Part shown: piece by piece, positions 36,109 through 45,549 of the stretch
Layout: each line of letters begins with the position of its first letter
Position numbering within the stretch: position 1 is the first letter of the stretch
NCBI GenBank assembly: GCA_965116305.1
Contig: OZ220673.1
Span: 2,330,183 to 2,394,182 of the forward strand
Origin: Dehalococcoidia bacterium
GTDB lineage: Bacteria; Chloroflexota; Dehalococcoidia; Lucifugimonadales; Australimonadaceae
Reading direction: 5' to 3'
DNA length: 64,000 bases
Made by a program: the position numbers and the translations under genes
The notes under the pieces: model-generated
What the model was told of the DNA's origin: nothing
The model's database searches: none
What the model saw: the letters and a program-made list of their open reading frames with translations, nothing else

Positions 36109-37770
36109 CTAACGCCGCCGCCACCACACGACGACACCTGCGGCGGCGATCAGCGCAGGCAACAGGAACCAGCTGACGTAACGCACGAGGTTGTACTCCG
36201 GCACCGTAAGCACGAGAGGGCGGAAGACCTCTTGCTTCGGGCGCACAGCGATGAGCGATCTGTCCTCCAGCAGCCAGTTCACCGTGTTCAGGAAGAAGTC
36301 TGCGTTGCTCACGTCGCCGAAGTGGCCGTTGCTCGCAAAGTCGGCATCGCCAAGAACAGCGAGCGTGGTGCGCACGGACGTGGTATCGAACGCTTCCGAG
36401 GGAGCATCCGTAGCGCGAGCAGACGCCTGCACGATGAGGTGTGTCGTATGGGGGCCGGGGACATCTCTGCCGGCGACAGGGTCTTCCCCTACTCCTACCA
36501 CGGCCCAGGAGTCTCCGGACGTGGTCGCCAGCGGCTCGAAACGCACGGGCACGGGATCGCCGCGTTCGATACGTGCCGCGACGGCACCCCCCGGGCGGAA
36601 AGCGACGGCGCCCGGGAAGAGCGTTGCGCCAAGCGGTTCAACGATAGCGCCCCCCTCGGTAACCGAGGTCTGTCCCCGGTACTGATCACGCTGCACCGCG
36701 AGCGTGCGCGCGTCTCCGGCAGCGGAGCGCTCGAGGTCGACCAGCGTGCCGGGCACCGTCTCGAGGCCCCACGCCGAGAGCAGGTCAGCCATCGCGTCCC
36801 GCGTTTCGGAGGATGTGTCGAGTATGAATAGCGCTCGTCCTCCGTCCGCCAGCCAGCGGATGATTGCTTGTTCCTGGACGTCCGGGATCGGTTGACGAGG
36901 CGCGGCAACCACGAGCAATGAAGCGTCGTCTGGCACGCTTCCGTTGTCCGCCAGCATGAGCGACTCGACACGGTAGCCGTCGGCTCGGAGTCCGGCGGCG
37001 GCCAGCCCCAACCCGGAGCCGTCTGAACGGAGGTCGGTGATGCTTCGCTCGCCGTGGCCGGTGAGAAAGTAGATGGCGTGCTGTTGGGCCCCGGTGACCG
37101 TGAGGATGGCAGTGAGGAGCTGCTGCTCTGAGAGATCGCCGGCGCCTACAGAGGCACGGAGGCCTGTGGCAGGCGCGGTGAAGAGCAGCAGTGGAGCGCT
37201 GACCACGCCGAACTCACGCGCGGTGGCAGGTTCCAGTTCAGGATCGACGAACCTGTAGGAGAGCCTGTCGCCGGCGTGTTTGGCGAACTGCCGCAGGTAG
37301 CCTTCCGCCGTCGCCTGGTAGCGCAGGCCATCCTCATCCGTCACGACGAATCCGGTCACGTCCACATCCGCAGGGAGCGCGGCCAGCGCCTGCACGGTCT
37401 GCGGAGCTATCTCGAATTGGCGCGTCGCGGTGAGGTCCCAGGACGCGTCAGTCGCCGAGGCGATGACGTTCAGCACGACCACGGTTGCCAGCGCAGCGGC
37501 GGCACTGCCAAGGCTCACCCACGAGAGACGACCTCTGCGACCGGTGACCGCACCCACGAGGTAACCCATCGAACCTGCGGCAGCGAGCGCCAGCAACACG
37601 CCTGCAGCAACGAGTGTCGGTACGGCGAACGGGCGGAGTTCAGGAGCCCACACGACGAGGAGCAGCCCTCCGAGCGCGCCGATGCCCCCGAGCGCCGCGA
37701 GGAGCAGGCTCCAGCCTCGCAGCCGTTCCGCGATCCCGCTTCCGGACGATGGGCGTCCGTTCACCGCCAT
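36109..37770 (-). CDS. GldG-like ABC-transporter auxiliary component
   Basis: Start at ATG 37770 (MAVNGRPSS...). N- and C-terminal TM anchors flank a large extracytoplasmic domain. The 780-aa track ORF runs over the upstream permease gene in another frame. Confidence 0.75.
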   Translation of the reverse strand: MAVNGRPSSGSGIAERLRGWSLLLAALGGIGALGGLLLVVWAPELRPFAVPTLVAAGVLLALAAAGSMGYLVGAVTGRRGRLSWVSLGSAAAALATVVVLNVIASATDASWDLTATRQFEIAPQTVQALAALPADVDVTGFVVTDEDGLRYQATAEGYLRQFAKHAGDRLSYRFVDPELEPATAREFGVVSAPLLLFTAPATGLRASVGAGDLSEQQLLTAILTVTGAQQHAIYFLTGHGERSITDLRSDGSGLGLAAAGLRADGYRVESLMLADNGSVPDDASLLVVAAPRQPIPDVQEQAIIRWLADGGRALFILDTSSETRDAMADLLSAWGLETVPGTLVDLERSAAGDARTLAVQRDQYRGQTSVTEGGAIVEPLGATLFPGAVAFRPGGAVAARIERGDPVPVRFEPLATTSGDSWAVVGVGEDPVAGRDVPGPHTTHLIVQASARATDAPSEAFDTTSVRTTLAVLGDADFASNGHFGDVSNADFFLNTVNWLLEDRSLIAVRPKQEVFRPLVLTVPEYNLVRYVSWFLLPALIAAAGVVVWWRRR

Positions 37771-38474
37771 CGCCGGGACTCCAGGCTCAGTGTCGTGAGG
37801 AAGAGGAACAGCGCGATGAAAGTGATGAAGTAGACGACGTTCCGCAGTTCGATAACACCCGCGACGAACGCGGTGTAGTGGGCTGGCAAGGAAACGCCGG
37901 CAAGCAGTGCAGACGGCAAGCCGGATACGAGGCCGGAGGCCTCGCTCGCCAGCGTGAGAAAGAGCAACGCGACGGCTGCCGTAACTCCGGCCACGATCTG
38001 GTTGCCGGTGAGCGAGGACGTGAACAACCCCAGCGCCGCAGCGGCAGAGCCGTACAGGAGCAGGCCAAGATATCCGGTAAGCAGCGGTCCACCGTCCGGC
38101 GAGGCGTACCAGTAGAGCAGCACCACGTAGACGAGCGTGGGAGCGATGATGCCGAGAAGCATCGCCACGAGCGCGCAGAACTTCCCTGCCACGATCTCCC
38201 AATCGCGCAGCGGAGCGGTGAGCAGCAACTCCAGCGTGCCGAGTTTCTGTTCCTCCGCCAGGAGCCGCATGCTGGCGATGGGAGCCCAGAGGATGAGCGC
38301 GAACGTCATGGGCGTGAAGACAGCGCGGAGCGAAGCTTCCGGCAGCAGTTCCGAGACACCGGACACGAAGAACTGGCCGGTGAGCGCAAGGAATGCGGCG
38401 CTCACGACGTAGGCCATCGGCGAGCCGTAGTAGGAGCGGGTCTCCTTCCACGCGAGGAGCAGGACGTTACGCAT
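37761..38474 (-). CDS. ABC-2 type transporter permease
   Basis: MRNVLLLAWKETRSYYGSPMAYVV... six-TM ABC-2 pattern with EEQKLGTLELLLTAP. ATG 38474 overlaps the ATPase stop. Confidence 0.8.
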   Translation of the reverse strand: MRNVLLLAWKETRSYYGSPMAYVVSAAFLALTGQFFVSGVSELLPEASLRAVFTPMTFALILWAPIASMRLLAEEQKLGTLELLLTAPLRDWEIVAGKFCALVAMLLGIIAPTLVYVVLLYWYASPDGGPLLTGYLGLLLYGSAAAALGLFTSSLTGNQIVAGVTAAVALLFLTLASEASGLVSGLPSALLAGVSLPAHYTAFVAGVIELRNVVYFITFIALFLFLTTLSLESRRWR

Positions 38475-39432
38475 CGGGGTCCTCTTGTTCGCCTCGCGTG
38501 ATCTGCAGGAAGATCTCCTCCAGGTCCACAGAGGAGCGGGCAAGACCGCGCAGCCCGACCCCCGCAGCGTTCATCGCCTGGGCAATGGCTTCCTGCAGGT
38601 CCGAGCGCAACGGAGCAGTGACCTCGAACGCGTAGACTCCCTCCTCGATGAGTGTGGCCGTTCCAACGGAACGGATGCCCGGCACGGCGGCGAGTGCGGC
38701 GCGCGTCTGTTCGGCAGGGCCACGCGCCTCCACCCTGATGCGCTGTGCCCCCTGGAGGCGTTCTGCTATCTCATCCGGATGACCTTCCGCGACGAGAACC
38801 CCGTCATGTAGGATGATGACGCGCTCACAGAGGGTGGAGGCTTCAGCGAGTTGATGCGTACTCAGGAGCACCGTGTGTTCTTTGCCGAGGCGCCGTATGA
38901 GGTCGCGAGCTTCCACCACCTGCACCGGGTCTATGCTCACGGTCGGTTCGTCAAGCACGAGGACCTCCGGCTCATGGAGCACCGCAAGGGCGAGCCCCAG
39001 TCGCTGGCGATACCCCTTGGATAGTTTGCCGACGAGCGTATCGCGGTAGTCGACCAGGTCGAACGTATCGAGGACGCGGTCGATCGAGGAAGCAAGGCTC
39101 TCGGTGTCCATCGAGTGGACACGTCCGAAGAACCGCAGCGAGGCAACGACGGTCATATCGCTGTAGAGCGGCACCGATTCAGGCAGATAGCCGATGTGCC
39201 GCCGCGCTTCCAGTGAGTCGGCGGCGAGGTCGTGACCTGCGATGCGGACCGTCCCTGACGTAGGCGGCATGTAGCCGGTGAGCACGCGCATGGTCGTGGT
39301 CTTTCCGGAGCCGTTGGTGCCGAGCAGGCCGACCGTCTCGCCCCTGTCCACGGAGAAGGAGACGCCGCTCACGGCGAGGAAATCGCCGTAGAACTTCGTG
39401 AGTCCTTCAACCTCGATCATCCGGTCAGCCAA
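38467..39432 (-). CDS. ABC transporter ATP-binding protein
   Basis: Walker A GTNGSGKTT, signature LSKGYRQR and Walker B LVLDEP. Confidence 0.92.
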   Translation of the reverse strand: MADRMIEVEGLTKFYGDFLAVSGVSFSVDRGETVGLLGTNGSGKTTTMRVLTGYMPPTSGTVRIAGHDLAADSLEARRHIGYLPESVPLYSDMTVVASLRFFGRVHSMDTESLASSIDRVLDTFDLVDYRDTLVGKLSKGYRQRLGLALAVLHEPEVLVLDEPTVSIDPVQVVEARDLIRRLGKEHTVLLSTHQLAEASTLCERVIILHDGVLVAEGHPDEIAERLQGAQRIRVEARGPAEQTRAALAAVPGIRSVGTATLIEEGVYAFEVTAPLRSDLQEAIAQAMNAAGVGLRGLARSSVDLEEIFLQITRGEQEDPDA

Positions 39433-39580
39433 TCTGCCTTCTCCATAGAGGTCTGCTGTCGCGGTTCGACCCTTGAGGATAGTGAATCGCGTCCGTAGAG
39501 CCTACCGGATTTGATTCCGGTTACGCTGCGCCGTAGACTCGCGCCAGCGTGTCTGGAGGCACACTGGAGCCCGAACCGCC

Positions 39581-40525
39581 GTGTACCGCTTCGTCATACG
39601 CCGTCTGATGCTCGCCGCGCTCACGATGCTCGTCGTGAGCGTGCTCACGTTCTTCATGCTGCGCCTGATCCCCGGCGACATCGTTGACCTGATGCTCTCC
39701 GATTTCGGCTATGCCGCAGACCGGGACGCGATCCTGCGAGAGCTGGGGCTGCACAGGCCGTTCTACGTCCAGTTCGGCGAATGGTTCGGCGGACTGTTCG
39801 TAGGCGACCTGGGGACGTCGCTCTGGACGGGGAACACCGTCACGCACGAGCTTGGGCGGCGCTACCCCGTGACGCTGGAGCTCTCGCTCATTGCGCTGGT
39901 CGTCAGCACGGTGCTCTCCATCCCCATCGGCATCATCACTGCCGTTCGGCAGGACACGTGGGTAGACTACGCACTGCGCTCCGTCTCCATCGGCCTAGTG
40001 GCAGTGCCCATCCTCTGGATAGGCACCATCGTCGTAACGCTCCCGGCGTTGTTCTTCGGTTGGGCTCCGCCGCTGAGCTACGTGCCGTTCACGGAAGACC
40101 CTATCAAGAACCTGAGCGTGATGGTGCTGCCGGGAGTCATCGTGGGCATACCGCTCATGGGCGGGACGATCCGGATGACCCGCGCCATGCTGCTGGAAGT
40201 AGTGCGGCAGGACTACATCCGCACCGCATGGGCGAAGGGCCTGCAGCCGCAGACCATCTGGTACCGACACGCGGTGCGGAACGCGCTCATCCCCGTGCTG
40301 TCGCTCATCGGCCTGCAGATCCCGTTCCTGCTGGGCGGCACAGTCATCATCGAACAGATATTCAACCTGCCCGGCATGGGCATCTACATGCTGCAGTCAC
40401 TCCAGAACCGGGACTATGTCCCTGCACAGACGATCATCCTCACCTTTGCAGCGGCCACCGTGCTCATCAACCTCATCGTGGACCTCCTCTACGGCGTCCT
40501 CGACCCACGGATAAAGTACGCGTAA
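39581..40525 (+). CDS. peptide/nickel-type ABC transporter permease (DppB/OppB-like)
   Basis: MYRFVIRRL... N-terminus and an EAA-loop region (YIRTAWAKGL). GTG start. Confidence 0.9.
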   Translation: MYRFVIRRLMLAALTMLVVSVLTFFMLRLIPGDIVDLMLSDFGYAADRDAILRELGLHRPFYVQFGEWFGGLFVGDLGTSLWTGNTVTHELGRRYPVTLELSLIALVVSTVLSIPIGIITAVRQDTWVDYALRSVSIGLVAVPILWIGTIVVTLPALFFGWAPPLSYVPFTEDPIKNLSVMVLPGVIVGIPLMGGTIRMTRAMLLEVVRQDYIRTAWAKGLQPQTIWYRHAVRNALIPVLSLIGLQIPFLLGGTVIIEQIFNLPGMGIYMLQSLQNRDYVPAQTIILTFAAATVLINLIVDLLYGVLDPRIKYA

Positions 40526-40528
40526 ATC

Positions 40529-41461
40529 ATGGCTGTCGAGAGCACAAGACCACAGGGAGCGCCTGCTGCGGCGAGGCTGCCGCGCCGTGCGAGCGGAGGC
40601 TTCATCGGGCTGGTGACGAGGCTGTTCACCGAGAAGCCGTTGGGTGCAGTCGGCGCAGTCATCGTCATGATCATGCTGCTCATGGCCGTGTTCGCCAACT
40701 GGATAGCGCCCTACCCGTACGACGAGCCACACTTCTCCGACGCCTTGCAGGGGTCGAGCTTCAGCTACTTCCTGGGGACCGACTTCATCGGGCGGGACCT
40801 GTTCAGCAGGCTCGTGCACGGCGCCCGGGTCTCCATCGTTGTGGCGCTCGGTTCGGTCGCACTCGGCAGCATACTCGCGGCCCTGATCGGCATCACGAGC
40901 GGCTACATGGGCGGGAAGTTCGACACGCTGGTGCAGCGCCTCGTGGACGCGTGGATGAGCGTGCCGCCACTGCTCCTGCTGCTGTTCGTGATGTCCATCC
41001 TGGGGCCGAGCACGCTGAACGTAACGCTCGTGCTGGGACTCGTCGCCATACGCGAGAGCCGCGTACTGCGGGGCGCAGTGCTGGCGCTCAAAGAGCAGCC
41101 GTTCGTGGAGGCGGCGCGCGTCAACGGCGCAACCACCCTGCGCATCCTGGTACGGCACGTCCTGCCGAACGTGATGGTGCCCATCATCATCCTGGCGAGC
41201 CTGCGCCTGGGGCAGGTGATCCTCATCGAGGCATCGCTCAGCTTCCTCGGCTACGGCGTCCCGCCGCCGTTCCCGTCCTGGGGGCGGATGCTCAGCTCAG
41301 AGTCGCGGACGTACATGGAGATCGCGCCGTGGCTGGCCATCTGGCCCGGCGTCTTCCTGAGCCTGACCGTGTTCGGTTGGAACGTCCTCGGCGACGCACT
41401 CCGCGACCTGCTCGACCCCCGGATGCGCGGCACCGGCGGCGGCTACCGCTCCGGGTCGTAG
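40529..41461 (+). CDS. peptide/nickel-type ABC transporter permease (DppC/OppC-like)
   Basis: PYDEP...LGTDFIGRDLFSRLVHG motif and an EAA loop (FVEAARVNGA). Confidence 0.9.
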   Translation: MAVESTRPQGAPAAARLPRRASGGFIGLVTRLFTEKPLGAVGAVIVMIMLLMAVFANWIAPYPYDEPHFSDALQGSSFSYFLGTDFIGRDLFSRLVHGARVSIVVALGSVALGSILAALIGITSGYMGGKFDTLVQRLVDAWMSVPPLLLLLFVMSILGPSTLNVTLVLGLVAIRESRVLRGAVLALKEQPFVEAARVNGATTLRILVRHVLPNVMVPIIILASLRLGQVILIEASLSFLGYGVPPPFPSWGRMLSSESRTYMEIAPWLAIWPGVFLSLTVFGWNVLGDALRDLLDPRMRGTGGGYRSGS

Positions 41462-41477
41462 GCCACCGGCGCACGTT

Positions 41478-42419
41478 ATGCCGGACATCGCCATCATCGG
41501 CCTCAGCCCTCTGGGCATCGCGCTCGGGCGTGCGGTCAGGTCAAGCGTGCAGGGCATCTCCATAGCAGGCTTCGACCCCGACTCCGCGACGGGAAGGCAT
41601 GCGATCGAGACCGGCGCGGTAGACGATGCGCCGAGGAGCGCGGCAGCAGCGCTGGCAGGCGCGAAACTCGTCGTCGTCTCCTCGCCGCTGAGTTCCGCAA
41701 GCGACGCCTTGCGCATCATCGGGGAGTTCGCGCCGTCCGGGTGTGTCGTCACGGACACGTGCCCGTTGAAGGCCCCGCTCCTGCGCTGGGCGGAGGAGCA
41801 CCTGCCGGACGGGATGCACTTCGTCGGCGGGCGTCCCGTGCCTCGTACGCTCAGTGAGGGCACGGAAGCATCGTTCGACGGCACGGACTACGCCATCATC
41901 CCATCGACGACCGCCTCGGGCGACGCTGTCGAAGCTGTAACCGGGCTCGCCAGGGCCGTCGGCGCGAGTCCCTTCTTCCTCGATGCGGCGGAGCACGACA
42001 GCTTCGTCATCGCCGCTGAGTACCTGCCGCGCATCGCCGCGGGAGCAGCGGTGGACGCCGTCTCCGCAAGCCCCGTCTGGCGCGACGTGCGCCGTCTGCA
42101 AGGCGACGCGTTCTCACAGGCTTTGCGCACGGCTGCGGAGCTCGACCCGGAGGAGCTTGCCGTCGTGCTGGAGTACGCGCCGGAGACGTTCGGCTCCTGG
42201 CTCGACCGGCTCACGGGAGCCACCAGGGGGCTGTGGGAGACCGCACTGGCGAAGCCGGACACCGCCGAGGCAGCGAAGCGACTTGCCGAACTGATCGAGG
42301 CGCGAGTGGACCGACTGCGCGAGGTCCCGCCGGCGCATACTCCAGTCATGGAGCGCCAGAGCTTCTCGTCGCTCCTGCTGGGCGACTGGCTGGGGCGGCG
42401 GGCCAGCCGCCAGCGGTAA
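41478..42419 (+). CDS. prephenate/arogenate dehydrogenase-like protein with degenerate motifs
   Basis: TyrA-like layout (IAIIGLSPLGIALG..., DTCPLK, HFVGGRPV, AEHDSFVIAAEYLP), but the dinucleotide loop and both catalytic positions deviate. See the findings entry. Confidence 0.65.
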   Translation: MPDIAIIGLSPLGIALGRAVRSSVQGISIAGFDPDSATGRHAIETGAVDDAPRSAAAALAGAKLVVVSSPLSSASDALRIIGEFAPSGCVVTDTCPLKAPLLRWAEEHLPDGMHFVGGRPVPRTLSEGTEASFDGTDYAIIPSTTASGDAVEAVTGLARAVGASPFFLDAAEHDSFVIAAEYLPRIAAGAAVDAVSASPVWRDVRRLQGDAFSQALRTAAELDPEELAVVLEYAPETFGSWLDRLTGATRGLWETALAKPDTAEAAKRLAELIEARVDRLREVPPAHTPVMERQSFSSLLLGDWLGRRASRQR

Positions 42420-42435
42420 GCGCCTGCACCCTGCG

Positions 42436-43428
42436 TCAGCCCTGCGGAGCGAGGTTCCTCGTCTGTTCGAGCTGGTCGGCTACCCACTCCAGCGTCTCCG
42501 AGTCGAGCCGGAGTTCGATGTCCTGCGCCGCTCGCGTCTGCCCGAGCCACGATCCGAACTCCGCCTCCTCCAGCAGTTGCCGCGCGACGGGGTCGAGCGC
42601 GAGAGAGGGGTCGCGTCCGCTGATGACGTAGACGACGATCGCGCCATCGCCGCGTTGGAACGGCGGCGAGAGCTCCGACGCGGGGAGGTTCCACAGCAGG
42701 TCCGCAGCGGCAGGCGGGAGCGCCGCGTAGGGCAGCCAGCCGAGGTCGCCGGACGCAGGGTCGAGCGAGTAGCGGCGCGCCAGATCCTCGAACGGCACTC
42801 CCTGCACGGCCTCACCCTGGATGCGCGTGGCGGTCTCCACGTCGGCGACCACGATCGAGTGCAGGCGTACCTGCGGCTGCGGGTCGACGATGGAGCGCCC
42901 GAGCGCCTCCGTCGCCTTCCGGCGGAGCAACTCACCCTCAGCCAGCTTCTCCAGTTCGGCGACGTCGAGGCGCCGCAGGTCGGCGTACTGCCGCTTCGCC
43001 TCGGCGAGTTCGGCGCGAGCCGAAGCGTCGAGGTTCGCGGCGTCCGACTGCGGGGTGAGCTGCACCGCGAGCTCGCGCTCGACCTCCGACTCGCTCACGG
43101 TGACGCCGAGCGTGTCCACGGTCTGGCGCAGCACCTCGTTGTCGATGAGCAGCCCGGCAGTATCGAACGCCTGTGTGCCCGGGTCGAACCGCTGCCGCTG
43201 GAGCAGCGCGTCGATCTGGTTGGCGCGGAGGACGTCGACGAGCGTGGCGCGCGGTATCTCGACGCCGTTGACGCGGGCGAACCACTGCTGGCTCGGCGCG
43301 GTGTAGACGAGGAAGAAGCCGATGAGCGGCCCGGCCACGAGGACGAGCGCTCCGAGCGCCACGACGAGCACTGTCAACCGGCGCGAACGCCCACCCGGCC
43401 TCGCAGGCCGCCTCTCCACCCGCCGCAT
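42436..43428 (-). CDS. membrane-anchored parvulin-type peptidyl-prolyl isomerase (PrsA/SurA-like)
   Basis: N-terminal TM helix, a SurA_N-like helical region and a parvulin segment VRLHSIVV...FEDLARRYSLDPASGDLGW. Confidence 0.75.
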   Translation of the reverse strand: MRRVERRPARPGGRSRRLTVLVVALGALVLVAGPLIGFFLVYTAPSQQWFARVNGVEIPRATLVDVLRANQIDALLQRQRFDPGTQAFDTAGLLIDNEVLRQTVDTLGVTVSESEVERELAVQLTPQSDAANLDASARAELAEAKRQYADLRRLDVAELEKLAEGELLRRKATEALGRSIVDPQPQVRLHSIVVADVETATRIQGEAVQGVPFEDLARRYSLDPASGDLGWLPYAALPPAAADLLWNLPASELSPPFQRGDGAIVVYVISGRDPSLALDPVARQLLEEAEFGSWLGQTRAAQDIELRLDSETLEWVADQLEQTRNLAPQG

Positions 43429-43449
43429 GGATACGGAACTGCCCTCGCC

Positions 43450-44562
43450 TTACACGCCGTAGAGCGCCGTGGCGTTGTCCGTCAGGATCTTCTCCGCGGT
43501 TGCCGAGGAGATGTCGTCGCGCGAGCGCATCTGGTTGACGCAGTGGACCTGGGCCGACGGGTCGGCGGCGAGGCGGTCGGTCGTCCCGGGGGTATGGTGC
43601 CCGTAGTCGGTGCCGACGACGAGGTGGTCCTCACCGACGTACTGCATCAGGTAGGGCAGGTCCTCCTCGACCTCGTAGGAGACCCACATGTTGTACTCGT
43701 CGAAGAGGCGGGGGCCCCAGAAGTCCCGGTCGGCGCGGAGCGTGCCCCGCAGTTGGTACATGGCGAACGGCACCCAGGTAGCGCCGGTCTCGATGAAGCC
43801 CCAGCGGAGGTCGGGGAAGAGCTCCGGCACCTTGTTCGAGACGAGGTTGCGGAAGGCGACAACGGGCGGGATGCGCCCGTGGGTGAAGGTATGGCTACGG
43901 CTGACGTCGATCAGGTAGTTGAGCGCCGGGGCTCCCTGTCCCTGGTGGATGCAGATGGGCAGGCCGAGCGACTGGGCCTCTTCGTAGACCGGGTAGAAGT
44001 AGGGGTCATCGAGCGTCTTGTCGCCCTCGATGCCGCGGAAGAAGACGCCGCACGCGCCGTGCTCCTTGCCGAAGCGGAGCTCGCTGATGGAAGCGTCGAT
44101 GTTGCGCAGCGGGGGGATGACGACGTAGCGGATGCGGTCTTCCGCCTTCGCCCAGACGTCGGCGAGGAAGCGGTTGTACGCCTTGCACAATTCAACCTCG
44201 TAGGCGGCGTCGTGGGTGAGATAGGCGAGGAAGAGCGTGGGGTAGACGACCTGCGTGTCCACGTTGGTCGCCTGCATGTCGTCGAACCGCATCGGGAGGT
44301 CGAGCAGCTCGCGCGCCTTCCTGTCGACACGGTCGCGCACGTTCGCCTGGGCCGTGGGAGTGACGAGGAAGTTGCCGCCACGTCCGGCGGGGCGTGGGTA
44401 GATCTGGCCGTCTATCAGCCACATATGGTCGACGCGGCCGTAGAGCGTGTCCTCGGGCACCTGCACGACGACGGGGCGCCGCTTGTGCCAGTCCGGGTCC
44501 AGGAAGTCCCACATCTCCGGGGGTTCGGCTATATGCGTGTCTACGTCAACTACGCGTCCCAT
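43450..44562 (-). CDS. amidohydrolase-2 family metal-dependent hydrolase (ACMSD-like TIM barrel)
   Basis: VVDVDTHI N-terminal metal motif, IHQG and a GTDYGH C-terminal motif. Confidence 0.8.
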   Translation of the reverse strand: MGRVVDVDTHIAEPPEMWDFLDPDWHKRRPVVVQVPEDTLYGRVDHMWLIDGQIYPRPAGRGGNFLVTPTAQANVRDRVDRKARELLDLPMRFDDMQATNVDTQVVYPTLFLAYLTHDAAYEVELCKAYNRFLADVWAKAEDRIRYVVIPPLRNIDASISELRFGKEHGACGVFFRGIEGDKTLDDPYFYPVYEEAQSLGLPICIHQGQGAPALNYLIDVSRSHTFTHGRIPPVVAFRNLVSNKVPELFPDLRWGFIETGATWVPFAMYQLRGTLRADRDFWGPRLFDEYNMWVSYEVEEDLPYLMQYVGEDHLVVGTDYGHHTPGTTDRLAADPSAQVHCVNQMRSRDDISSATAEKILTDNATALYGV

Positions 44563-44668
44563 GCTGGCCCTCCTCAGTCTCCCTCGAATGTATGGCTGAC
44601 GGGCAGAGTATGTTCCCCTGCGGCACGACGGTCAAGCGCGGGGCAACCTTCACCGCGCACCTGCCCTG

Positions 44669-45046
44669 CTACAGCGCCCTGGCGGCGGCGTAGCCGATGG
44701 CGACCGCCGCGAGGCCGAGGGCCACGGTGAGGAGGACGTTCGCGGCAGCGGAGAGGTAGGCCGCGCTGCGCAGGAGCGTGAGAGTGTCGTTGGTTATGGC
44801 GGAGAAGGTGGTGAACCCGCCGAGCACGCCGACGAAGAGGAAGAGGCGCGCGCCCGGCCCGAAGAGCTGGCGCGTCTCCGCAAGGCCTGCCAGCGCGCCG
44901 ATGAGCAGGGAGCCGAGGACGTTGACGGCGAGCACTCCCCACGGGAAGGACGGCTGCCCCAGCACGCGCGACACGCCGAGGATCACGCCGTAGCGCGACG
45001 CCGCACCGATGAAGCCGCCCATGCCGACGAGGAGGAGGTCAGTCAT
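44669..45046 (-). CDS. crcB: fluoride channel CrcB/FluC
   Basis: 125 aa with four TM segments. GGFIGAASRY and GGFTTFS signatures. Confidence 0.9.
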   Translation of the reverse strand: MTDLLLVGMGGFIGAASRYGVILGVSRVLGQPSFPWGVLAVNVLGSLLIGALAGLAETRQLFGPGARLFLFVGVLGGFTTFSAITNDTLTLLRSAAYLSAAANVLLTVALGLAAVAIGYAAARAL

Positions 45047-45060
45047 GGGTTACGTCCAGC

Positions 45061-45103
45061 CCCGAGAGATTCCTCGACTCCGCTGCGCTCCGCTCGAAAT
45101 GAC
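45061..45103 (-). repeat. family-1 hairpin repeat, short variant
   Basis: CCCGAGAGATTCCTCGACTCCGCTGCGCTCCGCTCGAAATGAC fills the HIT-crcB intergenic gap. Confidence 0.85.
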
Positions 45104-45111
45104 AAAACGGC

Positions 45112-45549
45112 TCACGGGTGGCGCTTCCGGAAGGTGAGTGGGTCGTGCTGTTCGCTGCCGTAGAAGCGGAGCCAGAAGTCGCTCTTGCCGGGGAAGTCCA
45201 TGTAGAGGCCGAGGTGCGCCCCGCCGAGCACGTGGAGGTGGCCGTGGGGCTGGGACTGCATCGCGTCGGCGCCGAAGTTGGAGACGATGCGGAAGCCGCC
45301 GGGCGCATCGGTCTCGCCGAGCTCGACGGCGAGTTGGGCGGCACGGGAGAAGAGGGGCGACTGCCAGAACTCCTGCTGGCTCATGTGAACGACCGGCGCG
45401 ACGAGGTACATGAGCGGCGCCCAGTCGAGCGCGTTGTCGAAGGCGACGAGCTCGTCGTCCTGGTAGCGGATGCGGCGCGGGAGCGCGCCGGACGCGATGC
45501 CGCAGAACGCGCACTCACCCGAGCCGCCCGAAGGGGCGCTATGAGACAT
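45112..45549 (-). CDS. HIT family protein
   Basis: Histidine triad HGHLHVLGG and N-terminal CAFCGI. Confidence 0.9.
   Translation of the reverse strand: MSHSAPSGGSGECAFCGIASGALPRRIRYQDDELVAFDNALDWAPLMYLVAPVVHMSQQEFWQSPLFSRAAQLAVELGETDAPGGFRIVSNFGADAMQSQPHGHLHVLGGAHLGLYMDFPGKSDFWLRFYGSEQHDPLTFRKRHP

Noticed and set aside
42577-44730. 717-aa plus-strand ORF
   Set aside because: It is antisense to the PPIase and amidohydrolase genes, both of which carry family motifs. It is a shadow ORF.
45047-45111. Expected fluoride (crcB motif) riboswitch upstream of crcB
   Set aside because: The 65-nt gap is almost entirely a family-1 repeat copy, with no crcB-motif-like sequence. crcB is probably co-transcribed with the HIT gene.
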